A stretch of DNA of 64,000 bases from Pavona decussata (lineage: Eukaryota), in contig CDRNST010000004.1 of the NCBI GenBank assembly GCA_977016875.1, positions 310,001 to 374,000 on the forward strand. The letters run 5' to 3'. The notes below the pieces were generated by a model. It made no database searches, was not told the DNA's origin, and was given only the letters and a program-made list of their open reading frames with translations. Every line of letters starts with the position of its first letter. The stretch's first letter is position 1. Shown in pieces: positions 52,099 to 64,000 of this stretch. The translations under genes were made by a program, and so were the position numbers.

Positions 52099-53524
52099 TC
52101 ATAACTAAAAAAAGCAGCAGACACAGTTATGTTGATTGTGTAAAAATAACAGGATGTCTCTTTGCCTAATCAGGTGCACATAGACAGTGAGGCTAGAGTG
52201 GCTGACCATTGCAGTGTATACGCACTGAGCGATCCATCTGAGTGTGCGTTCAAACAGCGTTGTGACCACAAGCATAAAGAGTTCTGTGATCAGTGCCAAG
52301 CCCTCAATGGTCCACTACAAGAGGTCGGCGAAGCTGTGCAAGATGCTGAATTTTGCAACGAGGATGAAAGAGATGAAATTCTCTTTCTATATGAGTCGGC
52401 AAAGCGATCTATTCAGGCATGGAAAGCCCACCAGTTGCGGTCAGTACAGCAGGATAAATCGAGGATGGATGTTCTTCAACTGCTGAACGACAGCACCGTA
52501 CTGATTATCAACGACTGGGCCATGAAATTCCTCCCCCAGCTGTACAGGGAATCTCAGCAAGATTGGTTCGGGAAGAGGGGAATTTCCTGGCACATCTCTG
52601 TTGTGTTTCGGAGGAAAAGTGGGGAACTGCAGTCCCAGGCGTTCATCCACATTGTTCAGTCTTGCAGTCAGGACAGCACTGCCGTGATCCTAATAATGCA
52701 GCACGTGTTAAAAACCCTGAAAACGGAATATCCGGAGATTACTTGGGCCTACCTTCGTCAGGACAATGCCGGGTGTTACCATTGCGCCAATACTGTCCTT
52801 GCGTGCCAAACAATGGAGCAGTCAACTGGAATCAAAGTAGCACGACTGGATTTCAGTGACCCCCAGGGTGGCAAGGGAGCAGCCGATAGACTGGCAGCTA
52901 CGTGTAAGTGCCACATCCGGATTTACCTCAACGAAGGCCACGATGTTACGACAGCAGAGGAGATGAGGGAGGCCCTGCTTTCCCATGGGGGATTAGAAGG
53001 TGTCAGGGTAGCTCTCTTGCCGTCAATAAACCAAACCGTGGAGCTGCAGAAAATTCCTGGCATAAACAAGTTGAATAACTTTCAGTTCACTAACGGATCC
53101 CTTCAGGCCTGGCGTGCGTATGCTATCGGTCCAGGAAAGAGCATTGCGAAGGAGAAAGTTTCAGGTAAGTGCCATCTTATTACCAATGTGTCTTTTTAGT
53201 CATTTTTAGAGCCACTTTGGTATTTAAAACGTATCATGGGGATGTGTTGACGAGCTTAGCCGATAGACAGCCACTTGAAAACTGTTGCTAAGTGTTCAAC
53301 TGACAGTTTTAAGTAGCTTTTATTGATGAAATAAATTGAGTGTAACAAACAAAAAGCCTTCTTAATATTTTCCTCCGAGAACAGATTACACTTTCTTCAG
53401 TAGAAAGAAAGTCCCCACACTCGTAGCGAGTCCCCATGTTCTTTGGTAGTTGACTGGAATCTTTACTGACATCATCAAGAAGCCAGCTACCAGAGTACTG
53501 AGGCGCCTGACGTGCTTCCTCGGC

Positions 53525-53575
53525 ATGATAATGATAATGATGATGATGATGATGATGAGGAGGAGGAGGAGGATA
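53525..53575. repeat. (GAT)n(GAG)n microsatellite
   Basis: Directly visible. Confidence 0.9.
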
Positions 53576-56082
53576 GTAGTACTAGTAATAGTACGCGTAA
53601 CGTAGGCCTCTTCACTCTGATGTGATGTTTATGCTAATTTATTACAGATGTCAACTACGGCTGGCTTTCTGTTTCGTTTTCGCCTGGTGAGTTCAGGGCA
53701 GTTTCTGCAAAGCAACCAAAGCCAGCCCGGGTCCAAGTAACCACGGCCGCTGATCAGCAACAATGTGCCAGTGCTGAAGGTCCACAATCTAGTGTCTTTT
53801 CATGCCCAAAGGAAGGTTGCGTTAAAGTATTTCAACGGTCGTCTGCCCTGGAACGTCACCTGTCGTTAGAATCCTGCACCATGTCACCGGAGAGACACGC
53901 TCTAATGGACCTGGCCAAGCAACAGTACGCCACCCGTCTCCAGGAAGGCCTAGGCCCTCTTCCTTCTCTGCAAGTATCCGGCTCTGTTGACAGCTCGAAC
54001 CAAGGTGAAACTGTCAAGGAAGGCTGGGCACTGAAGGAAATGAAGAAAGCCTACCGGTTCAATGAAAAACAGAAGACCTATCTGGAGGCGAAATTTAATA
54101 TCGGCCAGTCCACAGGTAGGAAGTTGGAACCGGATGTTGTTGCAAAAGAAAGGCGGCATGCCCGGGGCACCGACGGGGAAAGGTTGTTTTGTGGTTCAGA
54201 GTTCCTCACTCCCCAGCAAGTGTCGTCTTACTTCTCGCGCCTTGCAGCGAAGCTGCGTCAGCAACAAGTTGAGGTGACACCACAGGATGTCTTAGCTGCC
54301 GAGGAGCAAAGCAATTTCTCTCTGGCAAGAGCAGATGTGATTTCCACGCTGCATATCCGTCACCCAATAGTCGTTGATCAGTACGAGATTTGCTCATTGG
54401 TTAACGACAAAGCTGAGTTTCGGAAAACAAAGTTGGGGATGCTACAGCATCTCTGCCAAAGTTTGGAACTAGATGTACCAGTACCGGCGGTGAGGAGGAA
54501 AGCTCCGTATATGGCACTCCTGGAAGAACTTGTAGATAGCTGCCCCTGTGCAGCTACAAAATGAAGCACTAAAAAATAATGCAAGGCCTTTTACTATCAG
54601 CCTTTAAAAGTTTCCGTTTCGTTTTCAAGAAAAAGCTGTAAGTGATTAGCCTTGCAAAGTTTAATTATGCCACATGGACACTAGCTTGTTGAACATTAGC
54701 CAGTTCAAAGCTCTCAGTTAGTGAGAACGCCCAAAATTTCAAAACAAAACCCGAGGAAAGAAAATGAGTGGAATTGTGCGGAGAGAGGGTGCTCTTAAAT
54801 TTGGGTTCATGTTTTCGCGGTTCTCACTATTCTGGAGCTTGGAACAGGCAAGGCTGCAAAACAGTCTTTTTGTGCGCTGGTCCGTCGTAGGATCATGTGC
54901 GGTCGTTTCTTGTAGGAAAAGAGAACTTGAATGACATTCCAGGCTTTTTGTGCTTCTCGATTATCTTATCTGCACTTGAAAGACAAAAATTTGACTGTTT
55001 TGCAATCAAGGAAGATGCTGCGTGTAGACATAAAATGCAGGTGTGGCCCCATACAGCTTGCAATGTCTACTCTACTTGCTACTGTATCATAGATAGAACC
55101 TCCAACTATTAATGTTAGCCTTTTGCTGTAGTTAGGAAACACTATAGTAACTGTCCACTTCGTTCTTGATATTTGCAAAGATAAATGCCATACAGTAGAA
55201 AATAAGTGACTGTTGAAAAAAGGGCACTAAGCTGTGTTCTAAAAGTCCACGAGTTCTCACGCGCAAGGAGTCCCTTTCCCTCGCCACCTCCCCCCCCCCT
55301 CCCCCTTCCGCCAAAAAAACCCCGTTTTTCAAGCACGGAGAGTGTATATTTGGCTAGACGGCTAGTTTAGGAACTTGAAGAACTACATATGAACAAAGGT
55401 AAAATGCGGAATTGCTTGTCGTTTGTTATATTACTTGCTCGCCGGGGAGATAGTTCGGTTACCAAGTCCCACGCGGTTTTGATCACCCCTTAGTTTGTCA
55501 TAGTCACGCAGTTACACGGATTTCAACATTTTCCGTTTAAAAAGAGTTAGTGGCGCTGCAGATCAGATCACTGTGGTAAGTCCTCCTTAGCGAGTTTTTT
55601 TCGAATTCAGGGCTAGAATAAACTGCTAGTTTACAGCAATTTCATAAATATTTATACTGCGATGCGACAATCACCTAGCTGATCTCTGCTGTTAACTTTG
55701 ACCTCTTCTAAGTAAATGTATTCAATCTTCGCTTTATAATTCTAAAGTAATTGCCCTTCCTGTCTTAAAAACTCAATCAATAGATGAAGTAAAGCTTAGA
55801 AATACTCTGACATTTGGTTTTTCCTGACTGTTGTATTTTTGAAAGTAGCCGAAGCAGAATAATGTAAACAGTTTCCAATTACACAATTACAGCAAAATGT
55901 GCCTAATACTGACTTCTACATGTGTAAAAATACATGAGTTGACAAAATCATACAAAATGTTATCCTACTAAGTTCAACAGGGAATAAGCTACTATTAGCA
56001 ATTTCTGTACAGCTTATAGAAAACATATTCTTTGTCGGAAGTGATAATTAAACAAAGGACTTGATTTGTAGCGTGACGGCCG

Positions 56083-56658
56083 TTGTTCGTTTCACAGGTT
56101 CTCCTCGTGTCAAAGTACCCTTCACATTTTGGTCTCTCAACGGGGTACTTTTGCAATGCCGCCAGAAATATTTTAACACAGTAAACTACAAAAGTTGTGC
56201 TTTAACAATATCTTTATTTTAAATTCAAACTTGACGTACCAATTGGGTTTCTTTTGTGTTGAAATTGGATGAAATTTGCTAAATTTTTAAACTGCCGAAA
56301 TGGGGTTTCTTCGAACGGCCGAAGCATTTCCAATTTTCCAGCTTATCTAAATTTAACTAGTGCATTATTAAGAACAAGGATGTGTTTATATTTTGTAAAC
56401 GTTTCAGTAATGGAGGACATCGCGTTTCTTTCTATGAGCGAGATGAAAATGGGTAATTTTCAGTAAGTTTCGTGACTGAAAGGACGCTAATTTGCCGTAT
56501 TTCAAACTTTGCCCGATTTCGAAAAAAATAACACGCTGATGAAACTTTTAACGTTATTTTTGAAAATACTTTACTATAGAGATTATATGGGCAAAAAATG
56601 AAGGAATTCGAAATTTCACGACTGACGCCCGATTTTTGATAATTGCAGAAATCGGCTC
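56083..56658 (-). repeat. Right TIR of Sola3 element
   Basis: Ends gaaatcggctc|ttaa, reverse complement of ttaa|gagccgatttc. Confidence 0.95.
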
Positions 56659-59262
56659 TTAATTACAATATACTGTCGGTGAACACACAATCTTAATAAT
56701 GCTATTGAGTCACGTATCATCGAATATCTCACCATTTCTGTCAATGTATTTTCTTTTCCTTAATTTTTTTTATTTCTTAGGTACAACTGAAGAGGGACTC
56801 TCGGAACCTGGAACTACTGGATCCAGACAGAATTTCTGGGAAGCAGTTTGAACTTGTCAGCCAACTGGACAACAAACGTCCGAAAAGTGTGCAGAAGGGT
56901 GAACAATGCAGAGTCGCATTTCAGCAGGCAGACATTGTCTTGGTGAGGACAGTTGGAGTACGTGAGCAAACGGACAGGTCAGGAGAGCTTGTGAAGTATA
57001 CGGGGAATGCGTATCTCCATTTCCTAACAAAGTGCCTTAAAGAATTTGATCAGAACTTTAAATTTTCTGCTGTAACCATGCCAAGTAAAACACAGAAGTT
57101 TTTACCTGATGGCAACCGCGAGAACCTGGAAGTAAAAGGGTTAAAAGTAGAATATGACGAAGAACAATGATGGTATCTGGTGCCGTTTGAAATGCATTCA
57201 GACATATGTTTTATACTGTTGTTGTAAACCGGAAGAGACACTTGTGCCTTAATGTTCAGAGTCGAAGTCAGTGAACTTCACCTGTTTTAGAAGTAACATT
57301 AAGAGCGGCTGCCTGAGAATATCGAGAACTCGCGGTCAAAACTGAAATTTCGGTTTTCCTCATATTTTGTCAGAAGAATCCCTTTAGAGAACTATTTACG
57401 AAAATAACATTAAAACTTTCCAAAGATTTTTCGTTTTCGAGAATTCCGGCATAATGTGAAATGCCGTGATCGCGGCGCAGCCGGCGTTAAATTTTGACGA
57501 GATTTGGTGCATTTTCAAATCGCTCGGGAAGGAAGACGGCTTAGCGTATTAAAACGAGCTTTTGAAATTAAGTTAGGCATCCTTCTGAGAATACGGTCTT
57601 ATGAAAATATTGCTGGAGGATTCTTATTTTCATGCAGTTTTCAAAGTCCGAAGATTCCTATTTTCAGCATTTTTGTTGACACTTGAAATTGTGGAAACTT
57701 TGCGGACAAATATCGTGTCCTGGTACATCGAAATTTGAAGCAAGTATTATACTTTAGGAAAGCTCTATACATGTAGTGCAATATATAAAAAATCCAGCTT
57801 GGGTAATTTAAAATCCAAGCGTTGACGGAAGTAAACACATAGGGAATTTTAATTTTTTTTTTTTTTTCAAAAATGGCAGTGGTCATGCAAGGACAAGTTT
57901 TAAAATAAGTTTAAAATAAATTTATTGTTTATGTTTCAGTTCTGTTGGAATAAAACTAAGTTGTTATTCGGAAACAAAATCTCATGTGTTGATGGGATTA
58001 TCCCTATAAAAAATAATTTCTTTCCTAGTAGGTGATCACCGATCGCAAACAAAAAAATGAAACATTCAGGTGTTATGTCACGCTTTCCTCGGTACGCCAG
58101 CGTCAACAATGCGAAGGATACGAAACGAAATCAGTAAATATTTCATATCAAAATGTATCTGAAACCCCCAACAGGCGATAATGTTTCATTAAATTACTAA
58201 TCGACTTGCGTAAAAACGCCTTTGGTTCTGAAAAGTTGCGCAAAAGTCGCAGTTTTTATAAATCCTAGGTTTGTCAAAGCTGCACTCTCATCCTCACTGT
58301 CAATAAAATGTCGTGACAGGCACTTACATTGAGCTGGACAAGCGAAGACGAGAATTCTAAAAGCTGAAGAACAAGGTATCTGTGTTTTCAATTTGCAGGC
58401 CCTAGACTATATATCATAAACAGAACTGAGATATCAGAGCCGGTAGAGAAAATCATGCTTTCACTTTAGTGCAAGGCTCGCCATAATATTATCTTTAACG
58501 GCAACACTGCGGCTATAATATATTTGAATGAGCACTAACCGTTCCAATGCCTGCAAAATAGGCATTTAATGAACCATCCCCATTAATGCGAGCAATAGTC
58601 CACCCTTCTCAGTCCGATCCGGATAGAAGAGCAACAGAAAATAACCAAGGTTGTCTACATATTATGGCCATCACTGTGTACATAGCTATTTTAAACTTGC
58701 TATTTATAAACAATGACGCAAAATGGCTATAAATAGCAATGTGCGTTCTTGGTTTGGAGTGGTTTGCTCGATACTAGAAACTGTATTTCTTCTTCCGCGA
58801 TGTCATATTTTGCAGTTTCTATATATTTTCGGTTGCATTTATGGCTCCGTGCTCATTTTCGTCCTTGATAGACGACGAGTCCGGTTGCGGTCAAAGTTCG
58901 TACTATTACAGCAACCTGCGTTTCTTTGGGTGAATGCCAAAAAGATATCTCCAGTCATCCAGGTCCCAACGCCAGGAAGCTGTTTGCTGACGACAAAACT
59001 GACAGTGAAATGTAATGAATCCTCGCGCGCGCATGTTAGTAAAGTTATCGATCATCTGATGTTGTTGATTGAACATATGAAGTTAAGTTTACTGACTTTA
59101 CATTGATGGAATACAAACAGCGGTGATATTTCTGATCAACCTACGATGACCCAAGAACAACAGTCTTTACATTGATGGAATTTGATATTCTGAAAGGATG
59201 AGTCGAATAACAATCAGACCATCTGCCCGCGCCGTCGAGATGTCTACAATCTTCGTTGGCAG

Positions 59263-59342
59263 TAGCCTCCCACACAGTCGTTTTAAGGGGACTCGTATTA
59301 ACTCCTCCCCGAGTCCCCTCAAAACGACTGCGTGGGAGGCTA
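59263..59342. mobile_element. 80-bp hairpin MITE, TA-flanked
   Basis: tagcctcccacacagtcgttttaaggggactc pairs with gagtcccctcaaaacgactgcgtgggaggcta. Confidence 0.8.
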
Positions 59343-59488
59343 CCGCGAACGAAGACCGTACACATCTAGTTAAGACGTCTAGTTTAGTCGGAAGGGGCCG
59401 AGAGGGAGAAATCTGCGTGACTAGCATTCCGCAAGCGTTGCTCGTCCTCGCGCTCGCGAAACTCATATATGCCTGAATAAGCCCTAAA

Positions 59489-59529
59489 ATCATCATCATC
59501 ATTATCATCATCATCATCATCACCATCAC

Positions 59530-59569
<40 letters not shown>

Positions 59570-59577
59570 TTCATCAT
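59489..59577. repeat. (ATC)n microsatellite
   Basis: Directly visible. Confidence 0.95.
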
Positions 59578-62500
59578 TGGTGAATCGAATAAAGGCCTTA
59601 GAGGTGCGGCATATTCCTTTGCTTTTTTTTGTGAGCATGAGAAACCTGCAGTTACTATTAAATGACATCTGTAGTGCGGAAATACTTCGGATTATTGTTG
59701 AATACCTTTTTTGGCAAGGGTATGTGTGTACTGAAGGAGATTCAAAATTCGTTCAAATTAAAGTAGCCACAGCGATAGAATGATTGCTGAGACCATAGCG
59801 GTTTTTGAATATTATTTTCTCTCTTCTTTTTTAAGTTTTATCAGTCACCTTTCCTTCTAAGACCAGAGTATTGTCTCCCTATACCACATGGTACCCTCCT
59901 CTTAGATAAAACGATAGTTTCCCCGCTTCCTCTTCTCCCCGCATTAACTTCATTCATTGTCCTCTTTTTTAAATGTCATATTCACTCAAGATTGTTTGAG
60001 GGCCGGTTGGAAAAAGCAAGCGCCTGGGATTTAGGGATTATTTTCAGCAAACTTATATATCTATTAACAAGTTGAATGCGTTGTAACCAGCTTTAAATCA
60101 ATGTTATTTTCTTTACTATGGAAGAAAATACTCAAAAAGACTCAGAAAATGCTGTTTAATTAGCTATGATAAAGGTCGTTTATTGACAGGCAGACAGACA
60201 AACAGACTACACGGGTTAGTTGAACTCCTCAGTGCGAAAAAGATGAAAATACCGCAACGTTTGTTTGATGGAAGTTTCGTCTTCAGTGAGCAATACCACG
60301 TGTAGGTGATCTACCTTCTACTCGAAAATATGCCAAAGCGCCGGGCAAAATGGAATTTTATCTCATATCAGCGGTATCGAAGCGGCAGGCAAATACAACT
60401 CGGATACTACACTGTAGTTATAAAAACGTAAACATGTCATTAACCCTAGCTATCGACTGTGAGGTAGAAAATGTTTCTGTTTCGTACAGATTCATTTAAG
60501 AACTGAGCAGATTGTCACCCTTCTGTTTAGTGAAAAACGTACTAGTTGCGTGAAGTACAATAATGAAATTTGTCGATCATTCTGGCCTTGCATTTTATGC
60601 CACGGCAATCGGCCTTTACGAATTTTGCTGTAGCATTAGTTATCACTCACTCTAACTGTGAATAATTTTTTGTATAGGAATATTCAGCAACGAAAAACTG
60701 TTTAGAGTATTACATTTTGTATTGTAGCGATAACTTTGTCATTCTCTCGGGAAAATATATTATACAAACTATAAAATGTATTTCAAATATGTCAACTAGT
60801 ACTTGCGTGACTGACCACTGACTGACCATTTTGTTAACACTTGACTATAAATGTTATCCCCAAACTAGATTTCTTACATGTTGCAGTAAAATAACAGATC
60901 GTACCTCAAGCATACCTGTTGTTGTAAGTTTCGATGTACCAGCGCAAGATTTTGTCTCGAAATATTTCCTCATTTTTAAGTGTTCACATGCGAGGAGTTC
61001 AACAGTCAGCATGTTGTTGATAGGCTGTGATCTAGAAAACATGCCTGCTTTGCACAGCTTCACAAACCCAAAAGTGATTTTAACGCCTGCTATTAGCTTT
61101 ATTATTGAAACAAGTTCTTATTTAGTAAGATATATCATAAATACTTGGTTCTAGAAGTACTTCTAGATGCACCATGTGACAATGAAAAAAAATTGGTTGA
61201 GATCTGGACGAGCAGAAAGGTGACATGACACTTTGACCTTTTCAAATTTGGGGTTACATCTCACTCCCTAGTTAGACTTATTTTATTTAAGGTATATAAA
61301 GCAATTCAAAACTTATTAGATCATTAGATTTAGTTTTGGAACAAGAATTATATAATTCTCCGGTAAAAATAACATACAAACAATAATTTATTGAAACATT
61401 TCATCTTGTCCCTGCGTGACCACAGGAATTTTTTGAAAAAATATGTCAAAAATTCCCTATGTGTTTTATTCCGTCAAAGACTGGCTTTTAAATTACCCAA
61501 GCTGAATTTTTGATATGTTGCAGCACTAGAATAGAGCTTTGCTCTACTGTAACTTTCATTGTAAATTTCGATGTACCAGGGAAAGAATTTTGTCCGCAAA
61601 GTTTCCACAATTTCAAGTGTCAACAAAAATGCTGAAAATAGGATTCTTCGGACTTTGAAAACTGCATGTAAATAAGAATCCTCCAGCAATATTTTGGTAA
61701 GACCGTATTCTCAGAAGGATACCTAACTTAACTTCAAAAGCTCGTTTTAATACGCTAAGCCGTCTTCCTTCCCGAGCGATTTGAAAATGCACCAAATCTC
61801 GTCAAAATTTAACGCCAGCTGCGCCGCGATCACGGCATTTCACATTATGCCGGAATTCTCGAAAACGAAAAATCTTTGGAAAGTTTTAATGTCATTTTCG
61901 TAAATAGTTCTCTAAAGGGATTCTTCTGACAAAATATGGGGAAATCCGAAATTTCAGTTTTGACCGCGAGTTCTCGATATTCTCAGTCAGCCGCTCTTAA
62001 AATTTTTCCCTTCAATAATGAACTACATTTAGAGACATGTTAGGTTATCGTTTTCAAGTTGTTAGTATTGATTGATATTGGTGTCAACCGGCCAAAAGAG
62101 ACAGTTGTGTGTTATTAATGTTCAGAGTGAAACTCCGTGAACTTCACCTGTTTTCGTAGCAACATTAAGCTTTTTCTCTTCAATAATGAAACACGTTCAG
62201 AATTGTGCATCGTTTTCTATCGATTTTCAGAGGTGGTATATCTTAATAAGATCATGTTTGAATAAGTTAATTCATGGAGTAAATTAAAGGATTACTATGT
62301 GGTGTTCTATGCCTTTATTCCATGTTATGAAAAGTAGAGAGCCTGATGTCAGTCTTGATGGAAAAGGTCTCATGTATATACCCACCACGAGTGCCCAACT
62401 ACGTAAAACACGTTTCATTATTCAATGCACTATTATTAAACGTCAACGTACCATTCAATTACGTACAGGGGACTCGTGCTGGGTACATACATGAGGTCTC

Positions 62501-62989
62501 TGCCTGTAAAGGGAAGCAATTGCGTACAATGGAAGTTGTGGTAGATATATACATGAGATCTCTGTCGTCTTGATGGTCATTGTCATAACACTGCAATCCC
62601 AGTTCGCTTCGTTAGCACAGAAATCAGCAAGAAAGTATAGCGCGTCGCGGCACAAATGTAGATGGATGTTTCTGGAGAACAAAGCTGATGAAACTTTTCA
62701 TGTGACTTACACAAATATTAAAATTTTTATTCAATGGCCGGCTGAAGAGACATTGATCGTACTTACAAATGTGTCTCTGAATGGAGATTCTTTCTCTTGA
62801 AAAGCTGCATTTGCTCATTTAATTTGTCCTGTTTTTGACAACCTTATGAATGTGTTACCGGAATATCAAAGGTATTCTGGGTAGTTGTGAGTCGTTATGT
62901 TTCCTATTCAGTATGCTTTTCAATTTTTAAAAAAAAATTCAAAAGTTAAGTTTTTGATATTTTTTGCTTGGGTGGTTTCTTTTGTTCTT

Positions 62990-63150
62990 TTGTTGTGGGA
63001 TCATTGTGGGTCGTTTTGAGATCGTCCTCCGTCATTTGAAGATTGTTGTGGATCGTTCTGGGATCGTCGTGGATAGTTGTGGATCGCTGTAGGTCGTTGA
63101 GGGATCGTTGTGGAATGTTGTGGGTCGTTCCGGGTTTTAGTAACTACGCA
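62990..63150. repeat. Degenerate 10-11-bp tandem array (ggatcgttgt), probable subterminal repeats of a DNA transposon end
   Basis: About a dozen variant units ending ..ggttttagtaactacg. Confidence 0.65.
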
Positions 63151-63204
63151 GTGTGATTATGTTTATTTTTCATTATTTATGCCCGCATTTGTTTAACTTT
63201 GTAG

Positions 63205-63423
63205 TGCAAACATTGGGGAATATTACTGAGGCCCGTTTCATCGGAGTTTGCCCTGGAACTGGTGACTATGGTCATATCACAGTGGAGCACGCGCCAATGT
63301 TAATGCATTGTTTCCAATCAATGACTCGATACTCTAACCAGGTTTTTGAGGCCGCTCATAAACTTCAGCGTCAACTGTACTCCAGAGCCACTAACCATGA
63401 TTGTTTGGGTCTGGCTTCTTCAT
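63205..63423 (+). pseudogene. Exon-like fragment of a RAG1/Transib/Chapaev-group transposase (catalytic Glu region)
   Basis: YGHITVEHAPMLMHCFQSMTRYSNQVFEAAHK with Y-x-H-x4-H-x19-E spacing; flanked by ttgtag| and |gtaagt. Confidence 0.55.
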
Positions 63424-64000
63424 GTAAGTGGAATGGCTAGATTCTGCTTTTTTATTGATTGATTGATTGACATTAATCCGGCCTTTAAATTCAATGATCT
63501 CATTCTCTCTTAATTTACATTTGTGTCCTGGGTGTATAATTAGATTTTACTAACAGATCAGTAAAATATTGTCAATGGAATGTGACATTAGGGATGGGTT
63601 GTTTGCGTTCCCTTGCTTTAATAAACTAGGGTCATTCCTGTGTGGTGCGGTTACGTCTGCGCAGCGACTTCACCCAAGTTTGTTTGCTTCTTTGCTTTTG
63701 TTTATCGCCTGCTAACCAATACTCTTGTGTGATCCAGCACATGCTGTCTACCATTCAGCTCGTATTGCTGGGGAGATAAGTGAGGTTGTTTTTGTCACGC
63801 AAACCGGAAGTCGCATTGATTAACCTACCGCAAGGCAGTGTTCCCCTCGATAATGCCATCTTGAGTCGTTATCTTGTTTGCTAAGTATTTTGCGCATTCC
63901 TTTAGTGCATATCCCTGTTGCGTTATGTTCCTCGGGAACAGTGACATTGATAATAATATATTCCTTTTCTCAGAAAGGAGGATATCTTGGTTCACAGTTA

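Larger units (their letters stand above)
48753..54564 (+). pseudogene. Sola3 transposase, predicted six exons (48753-48939, 49039-49263, 50322-50482, 50664-51701, 52174-53164, 53648-54564), ~1172 codons, one TAG at 51639-51641
   Basis: All junctions GT-AG and phase-compatible; DWAMKF, QDNAGCYH, QGGKGAADR catalytic motifs; CDHKH..CDQC; CPKEGC..LERH finger; EGWALK. Confidence 0.85.
47653..56658 (+). mobile_element. Sola3 DNA transposon, near full length (9006 bp including gap)
   Basis: TTAA at 47649-47652 and 56659-56662; GAG...CTC termini; ~576-bp TIRs; internal spliced DDD transposase with GWAL motif. Confidence 0.9.
46030..57170 (+). mobile_element. Intron-containing Mutator-like transposase remnant hosting the Sola3 insertion
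   Basis: LRVDTTF, GHDVDKAL, LWCTQH (CxxH) at 46243-47400; gt donor ~47406; resumes after ttcttag at 56781 with a zinc-finger-like GEQC..YLHFLTKC tail. Confidence 0.6.
57303..61996. mobile_element. Non-autonomous Sola3-type element (4694 bp)
   Basis: TTAA at 57299-57302 and 61997-62000; gagcggctg...cagccgctc; TIRs ~57303-57980 and ~61325-61996; no credible ORF. Confidence 0.88.

Noticed and set aside
51807-52124. ORFs containing X runs
   Set aside because: Span a microsatellite and the N gap inside a predicted intron
47845-56466. Mirrored 65-aa ORFs (and 60-aa ORFs at 57504 and 61613) as duplicated small genes
   Set aside because: They are incidental translations of the TIRs
59167-59668. 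Poly-Met and poly-Asp ORFs
   Set aside because: Translations of the (ATC)n microsatellite
47649-62000. piggyBac or Kolobok assignment from the TTAA TSDs
   Set aside because: GAG termini, very long TIRs and DWAMK/DNAGCYH/GWAL motifs fit Sola3 better; no CCC ends
62990-63150. CRISPR-like array
   Set aside because: Adjacent degenerate 10-11-mers without unique spacers; no cas genes; eukaryotic context
63153-63440. True RAG1 gene
   Set aside because: Only one short motif-bearing exon; no other RAG1 domains or RAG2 in the window
1-64000. Fanzor/TnpB RNA-guided nuclease, Helitron Rep/helicase or Polinton genes
   Set aside because: No RuvC-zinc finger, HUH/PIF1 or pPolB/capsid motifs recognised in the ORF track; remote or decayed copies cannot be excluded without HMM searches
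63580-64000. Possible retroelement fragment at the window end
   Set aside because: No motif I can assign with confidence

Overview
AT-rich eukaryotic genomic DNA with GT-AG introns, microsatellites and one 140-N gap. The repeat content resembles cnidarian/stony-coral genomes (inference, not tested). I see no intact host gene, rRNA, true tRNA or CRISPR array. The window is a dense nest of mostly decayed transposons: two Mutator-like elements, L1/Tx1 and L2/CR1 LINE pieces, BEL/Pao pieces and a solo LTR, two DIRS-type tyrosine-recombinase retroelements, Harbinger, hAT, pogo/Tigger, Tc1, a paired-domain-like transposase and a RAG1/Transib-like exon. Best preserved is a 9.0-kb Sola3 DNA transposon (47653-56658; TTAA TSD, ~576-bp TIRs, six-exon ~1172-codon transposase with one nonsense codon), next to a 4.7-kb non-autonomous Sola3-type element (57303-61996). 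The most unusual theme is accessory cargo in several unrelated DNA transposons: Ulp1/SENP protease (Mutator), OTU/vertnin-like protease (hAT), HIRAN (pogo), a PB1 + zinc-knuckle gene (paired-like transposase), plus an intronless kinase and SAM exons of unclear carrier. All family calls come from motif recognition by eye; no database search was run.
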